Below are positions 34,369-43,197 of a stretch of DNA of 43,197 bases, piece after piece (within the stretch, counting starts at the first letter, position 1; each line of letters begins with the position of its first letter). The DNA lies in IMG/VR virus record IMGVR_UViG_3300017779_005634, positions 1 through 43,197 of that record; one strand, given 5' to 3'. The notes below the pieces were generated by a model, which saw only the letters and a program-made list of their open reading frames with translations, did no database searches and was not told where the DNA came from. The position numbers were made by a program, and so were the translations under genes. The DNA comes from a virus (taxonomy: Duplodnaviria; Caudoviricetes).

Positions 34369-37300
34369 ATGAGCACAAAAGATTTATTTAATAAAAGTAA
34401 CAAGGTTCTTACAAAAAGTCAAGAAGAAAAAATCAAAAAAGATTTAGAATCTCCTGAACTTACAAAAGACGTTGTAAAAGCAAATAATAAATTTCATTCA
34501 CATATTGACTTCTCAAAACCAGAGAATTTTTCATTCTATGGTTCGGCACAAAAGTATTACGAAGATTCTTTCAATCGAATTTATCAAACATATCCTTACG
34601 ACGGTTCACTATCAGAGAAGGAAAAGTGGTTTAACGACTCTTCTGAACTTGATTTATGGATTTTAGATAATGCTTATCCAAAAGCAACTGGTTATGTTCG
34701 TCTTGGGACGGAACAATCAATTTTCGTCAAAGGCGGTCCAAATAACCAACCAGGTATTATCGAGGGAGAAAAGGAAGAACTCTCAAAGCAATATCCAGTA
34801 AAACAGGGTAACTCAAATATTTGGGATACTTCGATTTATAGAAATTCAAACTTATATGTTGATGGAAGTCTGGGAAACACAGTAGAGTTTTGGGCAAAAG
34901 CGGAAACACCAGGTCTGACAACCTATCCTTTTGTTTTAGGAAACGAAGAAGGTCAGATAATAGAAGTCAAGATAGAAGCAACAAACGACATTACTGTTAC
35001 TTTGACAGATTATTCTGGTGCCCCTACAGACTTTACTGGCAATGTAGTTATTGCAGATTTTCTGCAAAATTCTTGGAACCATTATGCCTTTTCATTTATC
35101 GATTCCTCCACAAACACCTTAGTAGAAATCTACAAGAACGGTGTACTGACTACGACAGTTTCTGTTGCTGGATATAATCTCGCTGAACTTTCTCAAGATT
35201 CTTTGTATCTTAACATTAACGGCACAATGACTTTGGTTAACGGAACGAGAAGTAATACTGTTGATGGACTTTATATCGATGAATTCAGGTTCTGGAAAAG
35301 AAGAAGAACAGAAGAAGAGGTTGGTAGATATTGGCACACTCACGTAAACGGTGGAACGAATACTGATAATAATAAATACAGCACCGAAAATAGAAAAGTA
35401 GACATTGGAATTTACTATAAATTCAATGAAGGTATCACTGGTGATATGAGAATCGACTCAACGGTCCTCGACTACTCTGGCAGAATCTCGAATGGAGAGA
35501 TTGTAAATTATAGCAAGACAGTGAGAAGTGAGGACTCGGCATTTGATGAGTCAGGTTTCTTTGAAGTTTTAGAAGAAAAAGAAGCAATTGTCTATTCAGC
35601 ACATCCTGATTTTATTTCTATAAAAGAGACATATATGAGAGAAGGTTTGAATTATGACTATACAAATAATTCAAGCATCTATCACACAATGCCTTCTTGG
35701 ATTATTGAGGAAGACGAAGAGAAGGGTGAGAATGTAAAAGAACTTTCACAGGTTATATCCAGTTACTTTGATTCGGCACAAATAAAAATAAAAGAACTTG
35801 TGAACCTCAAAGATGTAGAATATCATACATTGGAAGAGAGAACAAATAAACCCTACTCTTTGATTAGGAAAACGCTTGAATCAGCAGGAATGATTGTTCC
35901 AGACCTATTCACAGAAGCAAGTGCTTTTGAGGAAATCCTTTCTCGTGGAGAGAAGGAGAAGTTTGAAGAAAAACTTCAAGATGTAAAGAATACCATTTAC
36001 CAAAACATCTACAACAACCTTTCTTATATTTATAAGTCAAAGGGAACTGAAAAGGCATTTAGAAACCTTATCCGTTGTTTCGGTATTGACGATGAACTTA
36101 TAAAGATAAATTTATATTCGGATGGTGCTGATTATACCTTAGAAGACACCAGAAGAACTACCTCCATAAAGAAGAAGTTTGTTGATTTTAACAATGCAGA
36201 TAGAGACCAAGGTCTTGTTTACACGAAGTATGACCCAGATAATTCAGACTCGGTTTCCTACATTAGAGGTGTCCCTTATTCTATATCACCGAACGTATCA
36301 TTCACTTTCGAGACAGAGGTTATATTTCCAAACAAGATTTCAACTGACCACCCGTCATATGAACCACCTGTAAATTTAGAGGAGCACATTGCTTTTCTCG
36401 GTCAATACGCTGGCGATTATACAACAAATCCTCTCTTTGACTTGAAAGCGGTGAAGCAAAACGGCGACCCTCTCTCTGAGAATGTAAAGTTTGTCTTAAC
36501 CTTTGATGGACAAACATTGGAAACAGAATATTTTAAGTCAGTTTACGAAAATTCAAAGTGGAACCTTGCTGTGAGACTTGTTCCAAAGAAACGCCTTTCT
36601 AGCGTCGTTTCTGGGGGTTCTACGACGGATTTTACAGCAGAGTTGTATTGCGTAAGAATGCTTGCCGATGTTGTAGAGGATGAAGAGTGGGTAGTTGCCA
36701 CTGTCGCAGAATCAAGTGCCCGTGATATTCTTGCAAAAGACAAATTCGTTTCAATAGGCGCACTGCATTCGTCAGGAAATCCAGAAACAGAATTTTTAAA
36801 TAATGATACAAGAGTAAAAATCTCTTCTACTTTGTTTTGGTATGATGATGTAACCAATGAAGAAATTAGAGCACACGCCTCTGATGCCTCTAACTTTGGT
36901 AGATTGCACCCAAATGAAGAAGCATATATGTTTGACGAAAATTTCAACACAGGGACCTCTACCGCAATACAGGTTTTAAGAAGAGATACTCTTGCAATGC
37001 ACTGGGACTTTTCCGAGGTCTCAACAACAGATGTAAGTGGAGAATTTATTGTTGATGACTTGTCTCAACCTATAGAGGTTCAACAAGAGATAGTTTCTTC
37101 AGTTGCTATAAATAAAAATTCAATAGTACTCGACGGTGTCAACGACCATATCATCGTTAGTGACCAAGATGAATTTAGTCCTACCAATGGCGTAACCGAT
37201 TTACCTTTTTCAATTTCTGCTTGGATTTATGTCCAGGATATAACAACTGATAATGGACCCTTTGTTACTAAGTCCGATAACTCAGTCTCGCAACTTCGAA

Positions 37301-40300
37301 ACGAGTATATATTTAAGCAAGCGAATGGTAAAATACAATTTTTCCTATATGATAGTACTTTAAATGCTAATGGAAACGCCATCCGAGCACAGGCACCTGT
37401 TGCATCTATAAGTAGTGCGACGTGGCATCATGTTGTGATGACATATGATGGTAGTACAGACGCATCTGGAATTAAGTTATATACAGATGGAGTACTAACA
37501 GCAACAACAAACGACGAATCAGGTACATACGACAGATTGCGGAGCACAATAACTCCTCTGACTTTCGGCGCTACTACGGAACTTGGTAATAACAACAGAA
37601 TTTTTGAAGACAGGTTGGCAGACATCTGTATTTTCAACAAAGAGTTAACCGCCACCGAAGTGACGGAAATTTTCAATGGAAACGCAGTAAAGAACATGGA
37701 TGAATTTTCCGATACTGCTTCTATTGTATCCTGGTGGAAGATGGGTGATGATTTAGATAACCTTTCAACTGATGGTATTAAAGATTATGTTTCAGGTTAT
37801 CACGGAACATTGACCAACGGAGCAGCAATAGCAACAGAACCAGGGTTGTCTTCTGACACGATAACTTCCACGGTTTCCTCGCTTGTGCCGATAAATAAAA
37901 ATTCAATTGCATTCGACGGCACAGCAGCATCTGCTGCTGATTCAGACATTGTTATATCCTCTGATGAAGATGCTTTCACCTTTTCGGATTCAACAGACGT
38001 CACCGACGGAACAAATCACAAACCTTTTACAATTTCTGCTTGGATTAATCCTAGTAGTCTTGCAGACCGAGGCGCAATTATATCGAAATTTTCTTCAATG
38101 TCTGTCGGTGACCCAGCAGCAAGAGATACAGAATTTATCTTCTGGCATAGAGATAGTGGAGAACTTCAGTTTGTACTTTATGATTGTAGTGCTCATTCTA
38201 CCGCTAACCATATCACAGTTACTTCTGATGCTTCTGTTTTAACCGTAAATCAGTGGCAGCAAGTGGTAGTAACTTTCGACGGTAATCCAGATATTGCAAC
38301 CACCTCTTTGGGCATGAAGTTGTACATCGATGGTCAAGAAACTCCAAGTACTTGGGGAAAAACAGGAACATATCAAATCGTAAGGAATACAGAATCTCCC
38401 GTGACCATTGGTGCGGTGCATTATGACCATACACACGTTCCAGACCAATTTGAAACACTATTCGAAGGTAACATCGCAGATATATCAATATATAACAAAG
38501 AACTAGATGAATATGAAATTCAGGAGATATACAACGGCGGCGCAGTAAAAGACTTGAGCAATTCGTCTACTTATAACAATATTATTTCTTGGTGGAAAAT
38601 GGGCGACGACATTGACTCAACGGTTGCAACTGGAATTAAAGATTATGTCGGAGGTTTTCATGGAACAATGAATGGTCAGTGTTCTATTCAACCCACATTT
38701 GGATTAGAATCAGACTCTACTAATAGTTTCCTTAGTGATTCAAGATTTGGATGGTTTACTGACCTTGTGGGACACGAGATAACTGGGCGAGGTAAACATT
38801 TTATTGAGAATGATAATCAGGTTGTAAATAGAGAATTCGTTTATTCCGCAAAACACAGACCACCAGAAGTTATCAACTCAGAAGATTTGGTTGAGATTCG
38901 TTCTCAGGATGATTTAACATTCACAAAAGACGCTCAAGTTGTGACTCACTTCTTTGCAGCAGAGAAGAGCATGTACCAGGTCATATCTGATGATATGATT
39001 AACCTTTTTGCAACCATCGTTGAGTTCAATAACTTGATTGGACAACCAGTTAATAGGTACAGGTTACAGTATAAGGCATTGGAAAAATTCAGAGCACGTT
39101 ATTTCGAAAAAGTTAATAATATTCCAAGTTTAGAAAAATATATCGAGTTATATAAATGGATTGATTCTTCGATTGGTTTGATGTTACAAGAACTTGTACC
39201 AGTATCAAGTAACTTTTCAGCAGACTTAAGGAATATGGTTGAGTCTCACGTACTTGAGAGAAACAAATACTGGACCAAATTTCCAACATTGGAAATGGCA
39301 GGAGAACCACCTCTCGGTATTGTAAGGAGTATTAATGAACTTACATATAATTGGAAAGACGGGCATGCACCTGTTGGCACAGAAACTATTGAGGACGACA
39401 AAATTTTATGGGGAGACCAACGAGTTCAAGGTACAGACGCACTTGTAACAACTGGTGATTCTGATGTTGACGAAAACAGAGAAATCCTCAGAAGAGTTTC
39501 TACAAGAAAGACAAAAGCAAACACCCAAGTTGTAAGACGTGGCAGTGATGATGTTGAGGAAGATAGACCAGTTCTCCGAGAGTCACCAGTAGGACCAGGA
39601 GTTCCTGGGGCAGTTTATTCAGGTCAAGCGTATGTCACTCGGTCCCTTGCTAGACCTTACAAACTAAATTTAGACATTGCTCCTACAATCCACGGCGGCG
39701 CAAACTATTCACCGACAACAAAAGACCCGAACAGTTTTGTTCGAGCATCAACAAAGGTTTCAAGCGCTTCAGGTATCGCAATCACTTTTGGCACAAACCC
39801 AGTTATCTATCAGGGATTCTCTTATGACGACCAACCTGTCAAGAGAACAATTAACATCGTGGTCGAAGATGCAACGATAGACTTCGGCGCAGATGGTAGT
39901 TTTATCTATCCTTATTATGAGACAGTTGCAGACCCAACTCCAGAAATTACGAATCTTCAAAACGACTCTTATGGCGACGATGCAGAAATACCAGTCCAAG
40001 GTCCATTCGCTGAGACTTGGGTCGGCGGCAACCAGCACAGGCATATCCATTATGCCACTCAGACAGAAAGACCAGAGTTGTTCGTCGACGATACGGGAAC
40101 TTTAAAGCACCCGTTTGAATTAGGTGAACCTGCTGCTCGATATACGAGAGATGAACTTGCGAAGCGACCTGTAAATATTCAAAACATCAAGAATAACAAT
40201 GTTACAGAAGAAGATTTGGTCGCTGGAGAAGAAACAAAAGTCTATGGAAATTATACAAGAGATTATGAAATAGTTCAGACTTCTGGCAGAAGCAAGAACA

Positions 40301-43197
40301 ATAGATGGTTTGTTAAAAATGAGGGCGTATCAGATGTCTTGACGACAGCACCAATTCAAGGAGCACAGGACTTTACTCTACCCGATAGAACTACTGATAT
40401 TGATGGTCAGGTCTTTGGAAAATCTAAGCACGTTATTGTGGAAAGGTTTTCGGCACCAGGTGACCCACTTACTCTTTCCCGAGGTTTCTTGGATAGGGTT
40501 GCAGAAGAGTTCAGTGTTTATAATTCTATGAACTTTAGAAACCTTGATGAAAGAGAAGAACACAAAGCGGATTTGTCGGCACACAGTACTCTTTATGAAG
40601 GTTCGCAGGGGTATGTTCCTGATACTAATGGTATGCCAAACATCCATAAGGTTAATAGAAATACAGTTCATATTCCCACTGGCAAGAATCACGATAATGC
40701 TTATATTAGTCACCAAATACCAAGGAGTGACTTTCAATATAATGTTGAAATGATTTCTGATGAGAAGTTTACAATACCTGATTTTTCTACAACAGGTGTT
40801 GCATTACCCGCAGGTTCGGTAGAAGACCCGATTCCAGGAGCAGGTTTTGACTTTATAGTAGAAGAATATACAGACCCAATTCGAGCAAGGTTTGAAATAA
40901 GTTTTAACACAGAAGAAGTAACAGCAGTTGTGAACGAAAACCTTTACTTTCAATACAAGTTGGGAGACAACGGTACCTGGACCACATTAGATACTTTTAC
41001 TAGTGGTAGCACATTAACTCAAGAAGACATCAACTTCGGGCAAAATATCTATACTCCAATTTATTTAAGGTGGATAGCGAGAAAGGCAACTGTTGCAGGA
41101 GACGGTCGCTGGAATGTTTCAGACATATCTGTAAACCAAGTGAGTTTTCAGAACTATCTTGATGAAGTCGAAGTTGTCAGCGGTATAAATGACTATGCGG
41201 ATTATCAAGGAGCAGGGTATCGTTTTATTAGAAACGCAGAAAATATTCAAGTTATTAATCAAAGAAAGACAAACATTTATACACAAATTAATAGGACCTC
41301 TAGGATTGGGACAGAAGATAGGAGCATAAGTACTTTTACTGAACCAGCAGTCGTTTGGAATAAACCAAACACTCATTATGTTTTAAATGAAGAATACGAT
41401 GAAAAGATAAGAAATGCCGAAGCAGGAAGTCTTATAAACGTGAACATAGATAAGGGTTCTCTACCAATAACTTATTCATATTCAAATAACTTAGAAATGT
41501 TCTCTAACGAGGAATTGACTACTGCTGTTGACATTGATAAAACAACTGGTGCAGAGTTTTCAAATACTTTGATGAAGATTTTTAGAAAGGCAGAACTTCT
41601 TTTCTCTCGTTCAGTGGCAAGAGAAATTGTCTTTCCTAAACACAAGAATGTAGGTTTGAAAAAAACCAGAATTAGAAGCGAATTCGATACTTATAAGTTC
41701 TTTTGGAAAGACAGTATGTTCGACCGAATTAAATGTTCAGATACAACAAAACTCGGTTATGAGATGACTCCAGAATTTAAGAGACTTTTTAGGCAGAAGT
41801 TTTCCGTAGATGTGATGGATAATTTTCACCTAGTACAATCTGGTTCTCTATCTGGTCCCCACGAAGAAGAATTTTACAAAGTGGTTGGTGACCTAACTTA
41901 TATGGGCGAAGACCGTATGAGGCATATGGTCACTAGGAAGGATGTCTCACCTTTGCATACGAGTTCTTCTGTATCGTTTGAGGGTCTTGAGGAATTGTGT
42001 GAAACTTCATCCGCAGTATCTGGTATTGTTCCGAATTATTCTTCTTTAGATTTGGAGGCACAAAAGACGGCACCAATACCATCGCCACAACTTTATCATA
42101 ACCCATATAATGATAATTATCAAGAATCAGAAGGTTGGATAAGCAGAAAACAGATTGTCTCAGGTCAAACGCCAACATATAACGACTATAATTCATTTTC
42201 AGAAGAAGTGAAACTTGCAGCACAAAACTATGGTCTTGTATCTGAGTTCAGAATATCAGAACATATGGACAAATACATTTTAGAGAATGGAGGTAATTTT
42301 AGAGCAAAGAATTATGATTTCCTTACTCTTGATGGAGCAAGTTATGATGGAGAATTTCATACCTTATCGAGCGGCACATCTACAAATGAGACTACTTCAT
42401 TTTATTCTCTGAGGAGTGAAGATGAATCCCTTAAAATAACTTCTTATCCGACGACACATGGCGAAGAAACACTAATAAGAAACAATGCAGATTCATATCT
42501 TACAAACAACCCAATAGCGTCGCTTAGTAACAGTACATTTGCGCTTGAAAACAGTGTAAACTCTGAATTCGAAATAAATCAGTCTAATCAGACAAACTAT
42601 ACCTCTGTGGTGCCTTACCAGGATGGTATTAACGCATCAGGCAAATTTAATTTGTTTGATTCCGACGAGGATTATTTAGTAATTGATGTTGACAATGTTC
42701 AATCACGCATCGGAGGCGTAAATCCATACGATTCAGACCTTTTATATATGCTTGAGACTGCATCGAGACTCCCGACACCAATCACTATTTCCGCTTGGGT
42801 CCAACCAGAGGTAAAACAGGATGCACCAGCAGACCCGTCGACATACTCAAATGGACTTTTCTGCTTTGGTGATAATAACGGTACAGATTCGGCAAACTTA
42901 TTCTCAACATTCTATTTTGCCAATGGTGAGTCCGCAGATTCCCCAGAAGATTATCGTAATCTTGGACTAACGTTTACTATCTCTACGGATGGAACAAACA
43001 ATTTGCCAGGTGGAACTCTCGACTCGTCTTCTACAACATATACATTTTTTAAGAAAGACGGAACAATAGCATTTCTAGAGCAAGGGAAAATGAACAGTGT
43101 TATTTTTCAACATATACCACCAGAGCATGAGTCAAACACCGCATTCCAGAAAAACTTTCTTATAAAGTTGTGGTTAAACGGGGAGGAATTATTCGGC
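34369..43197 (+). CDS. Giant baseplate wedge gp7/gpI-like protein with multiple LamG (ConA-like) domains, 3'-truncated (>2943 aa)
   Basis: ATG 34369 directly follows the previous TAA. Frame 1 was open in every stretch I translated, including the last line, and its absence from the track fits having no stop. Contains LSYIYKSKGTEKAFRNLIRCFG (gp7/gpI-like KGT motif, ~36019-36084) and LamG motifs (TVEFW, WNHYAF, IDEFRFW, FSISAWI, WHHVVMTYDG, SWWKMGD). Confidence 0.85.
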   Translation, partial: MSTKDLFNKSNKVLTKSQEEKIKKDLESPELTKDVVKANNKFHSHIDFSKPENFSFYGSAQKYYEDSFNRIYQTYPYDGSLSEKEKWFNDSSELDLWILDNAYPKATGYVRLGTEQSIFVKGGPNNQPGIIEGEKEELSKQYPVKQGNSNIWDTSIYRNSNLYVDGSLGNTVEFWAKAETPGLTTYPFVLGNEEGQIIEVKIEATNDITVTLTDYSGAPTDFTGNVVIADFLQNSWNHYAFSFIDSSTNTLVEIYKNGVLTTTVSVAGYNLAELSQDSLYLNINGTMTLVNGTRSNTVDGLYIDEFRFWKRRRTEEEVGRYWHTHVNGGTNTDNNKYSTENRKVDIGIYYKFNEGITGDMRIDSTVLDYSGRISNGEIVNYSKTVRSEDSAFDESGFFEVLEEKEAIVYSAHPDFISIKETYMREGLNYDYTNNSSIYHTMPSWIIEEDEEKGENVKELSQVISSYFDSAQIKIKELVNLKDVEYHTLEERTNKPYSLIRKTLESAGMIVPDLFTEASAFEEILSRGEKEKFEEKLQDVKNTIYQNIYNNLSYIYKSKGTEKAFRNLIRCFGIDDELIKINLYSDGADYTLEDTRRTTSIKKKFVDFNNADRDQGLVYTKYDPDNSDSVSYIRGVPYSISPNVSFTFETEVIFPNKISTDHPSYEPPVNLEEHIAFLGQYAGDYTTNPLFDLKAVKQNGDPLSENVKFVLTFDGQTLETEYFKSVYENSKWNLAVRLVPKKRLSSVVSGGSTTDFTAELYCVRMLADVVEDEEWVVATVAESSARDILAKDKFVSIGALHSSGNPETEFLNNDTRVKISSTLFWYDDVTNEEIRAHASDASNFGRLHPNEEAYMFDENFNTGTSTAIQVLRRDTLAMHWDFSEVSTTDVSGEFIVDDLSQPIEVQQEIVSSVAINKNSIVLDGVNDHIIVSDQDEFSPTNGVTDLPFSISAWIYVQDITTDNGPFVTKSDNSVSQLRNEYIFKQANGKIQFFLYDSTLNANGNAIRAQAPVASISSATWHHVVMTYDGSTDASGIKLYTDGVLTATTNDESGTYDRLRSTITPLTFGATTELGNNNRIFEDRLADICIFNKELTATEVTEIFNGNAVKNMDEFSDTASIVSWWKMGDDLDNLSTDGIKDYVSGYHGTLTNGAAIATEPGLSSDTITSTVSSLVPINKNSIAFDGTAASAADSDIVISSDEDAFTFSDSTDVTDGTNHKPFTISAWINPSSLADRGAIISKFSSMSVGDPAARDTEFIFWHRDSGELQFVLYDCSAHSTANHITVTSDASVLTVNQWQQVVVTFDGNPDIATTSLGMKLYIDGQETPSTWGKTGTYQIVRNTESPVTIGAVHYDHTHVPDQFETLFEGNIADISIYNKELDEYEIQEIYNGGAVKDLSNSSTYNNIISWWKMGDDIDSTVATGIKDYVGGFHGTMNGQCSIQPTFGLESDSTNSFLSDSRFGWFTDLVGHEITGRGKHFIENDNQVVNREFVYSAKHRPPEVINSEDLVEIRSQDDLTFTKDAQVVTHFFAAEKSMYQVISDDMINLFATIVEFNNLIGQPVNRYRLQYKALEKFRARYFEKVNNIPSLEKYIELYKWIDSSIGLMLQELVPVSSNFSADLRNMVESHVLERNKYWTKFPTLEMAGEPPLGIVRSINELTYNWKDGHAPVGTETIEDDKILWGDQRVQGTDALVTTGDSDVDENREILRRVSTRKTKANTQVVRRGSDDVEEDRPVLRESPVGPGVPGAVYSGQAYVTRSLARPYKLNLDIAPTIHGGANYSPTTKDPNSFVRASTKVSSASGIAITFGTNPVIYQGFSYDDQPVKRTINIVVEDATIDFGADGSFIYPYYETVADPTPEITNLQNDSYGDDAEIPVQGPFAETWVGGNQHRHIHYATQTERPELFVDDTGTLKHPFELGEPAARYTRDELAKRPVNIQNIKNNNVTEEDLVAGEETKVYGNYTRDYEIVQTSGRSKNNRWFVKNEGVSDVLTTAPIQGAQDFTLPDRTTDIDGQVFGKSKHVIVERFSAPGDPLTLSRGFLDRVAEEFSVYNSMNFRNLDEREEHKADLSAHSTLYEGSQGYVPDTNGMPNIHKVNRNTVHIPTGKNHDNAYISHQIPRSDFQYNVEMISDEKFTIPDFSTTGVALPAGSVEDPIPGAGFDFIVEEYTDPIRARFEISFNTEEVTAVVNENLYFQYKLGDNGTWTTLDTFTSGSTLTQEDINFGQNIYTPIYLRWIARKATVAGDGRWNVSDISVNQVSFQNYLDEVEVVSGINDYADYQGAGYRFIRNAENIQVINQRKTNIYTQINRTSRIGTEDRSISTFTEPAVVWNKPNTHYVLNEEYDEKIRNAEAGSLINVNIDKGSLPITYSYSNNLEMFSNEELTTAVDIDKTTGAEFSNTLMKIFRKAELLFSRSVAREIVFPKHKNVGLKKTRIRSEFDTYKFFWKDSMFDRIKCSDTTKLGYEMTPEFKRLFRQKFSVDVMDNFHLVQSGSLSGPHEEEFYKVVGDLTYMGEDRMRHMVTRKDVSPLHTSSSVSFEGLEELCETSSAVSGIVPNYSSLDLEAQKTAPIPSPQLYHNPYNDNYQESEGWISRKQIVSGQTPTYNDYNSFSEEVKLAAQNYGLVSEFRISEHMDKYILENGGNFRAKNYDFLTLDGASYDGEFHTLSSGTSTNETTSFYSLRSEDESLKITSYPTTHGEETLIRNNADSYLTNNPIASLSNSTFALENSVNSEFEINQSNQTNYTSVVPYQDGINASGKFNLFDSDEDYLVIDVDNVQSRIGGVNPYDSDLLYMLETASRLPTPITISAWVQPEVKQDAPADPSTYSNGLFCFGDNNGTDSANLFSTFYFANGESADSPEDYRNLGLTFTISTDGTNNLPGGTLDSSSTTYTFFKKDGTIAFLEQGKMNSVIFQHIPPEHESNTAFQKNFLIKLWLNGEELFG
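37108..38710 (+). repeat. Two tandem diverged LamG domain repeats (~37108-37855 and ~37891-38710)
   Basis: Both begin INKNSI..DG (17 identical nt ataaataaaaattcaat at 37108 and 37891). Both end I.SWWKMGDD.D.....GIKDYV.G.HGT...GL.SD. Confidence 0.85.

Noticed and set aside
40936-40956. ENLYFQ(Y), the TEV protease recognition sequence, in the giant baseplate protein
   Set aside because: It aligns with ENLHVQYKLG in the 2448-aa protein as a structural beta-strand. No vector or tag context, so coincidental.
34890-42223. Short ORFs in the track suggesting a fragmented region, pseudogene or recoded stop codons
   Set aside because: They are off-frame or antisense shadows of the continuous frame-1 ORF from 34369. 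Genes elsewhere end normally in TAA, TGA or TAG.

Overview
AT-rich, very densely coding segment of a large T4-like (myovirus-type, probably jumbo) bacteriophage genome. It uses the standard genetic code and almost every gene is on the + strand. Left to right it holds: the end of a gene with a UUCG terminator; a 2448-aa S/T/N-rich putative virion protein; a block of acidic putative head/internal proteins, including a 983-aa four-domain enzyme (ligase-like KxDG domain, HxGH nucleotidyltransferase, ParB/Srx-like domain, putative RNase); a Fis-like HTH protein; an accessory block (DUF2827-like GT, HNH nuclease, lipoprotein serine protease, PIN-PhoH, zincin, Cas4/AddB-like nuclease, two GT4 glycosyltransferases, FmdB zinc ribbon); a gp55-like sigma factor; and a contractile-tail baseplate module (OB-fold+amidase, spike, 1889-aa protein, gp25, gp6, DNRLRE-like protein, and a >2943-aa gp7-like multi-LamG protein that runs off the window and is missing from the ORF track). 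A recurring CTA(T/A/C)TTA motif upstream of genes is a candidate late promoter. At two sites it sits with stems able to sequester the ribosome-binding site. No tRNA, rRNA, CRISPR array or IS element was seen. All family assignments are by-eye motif recognition; no database search was run.
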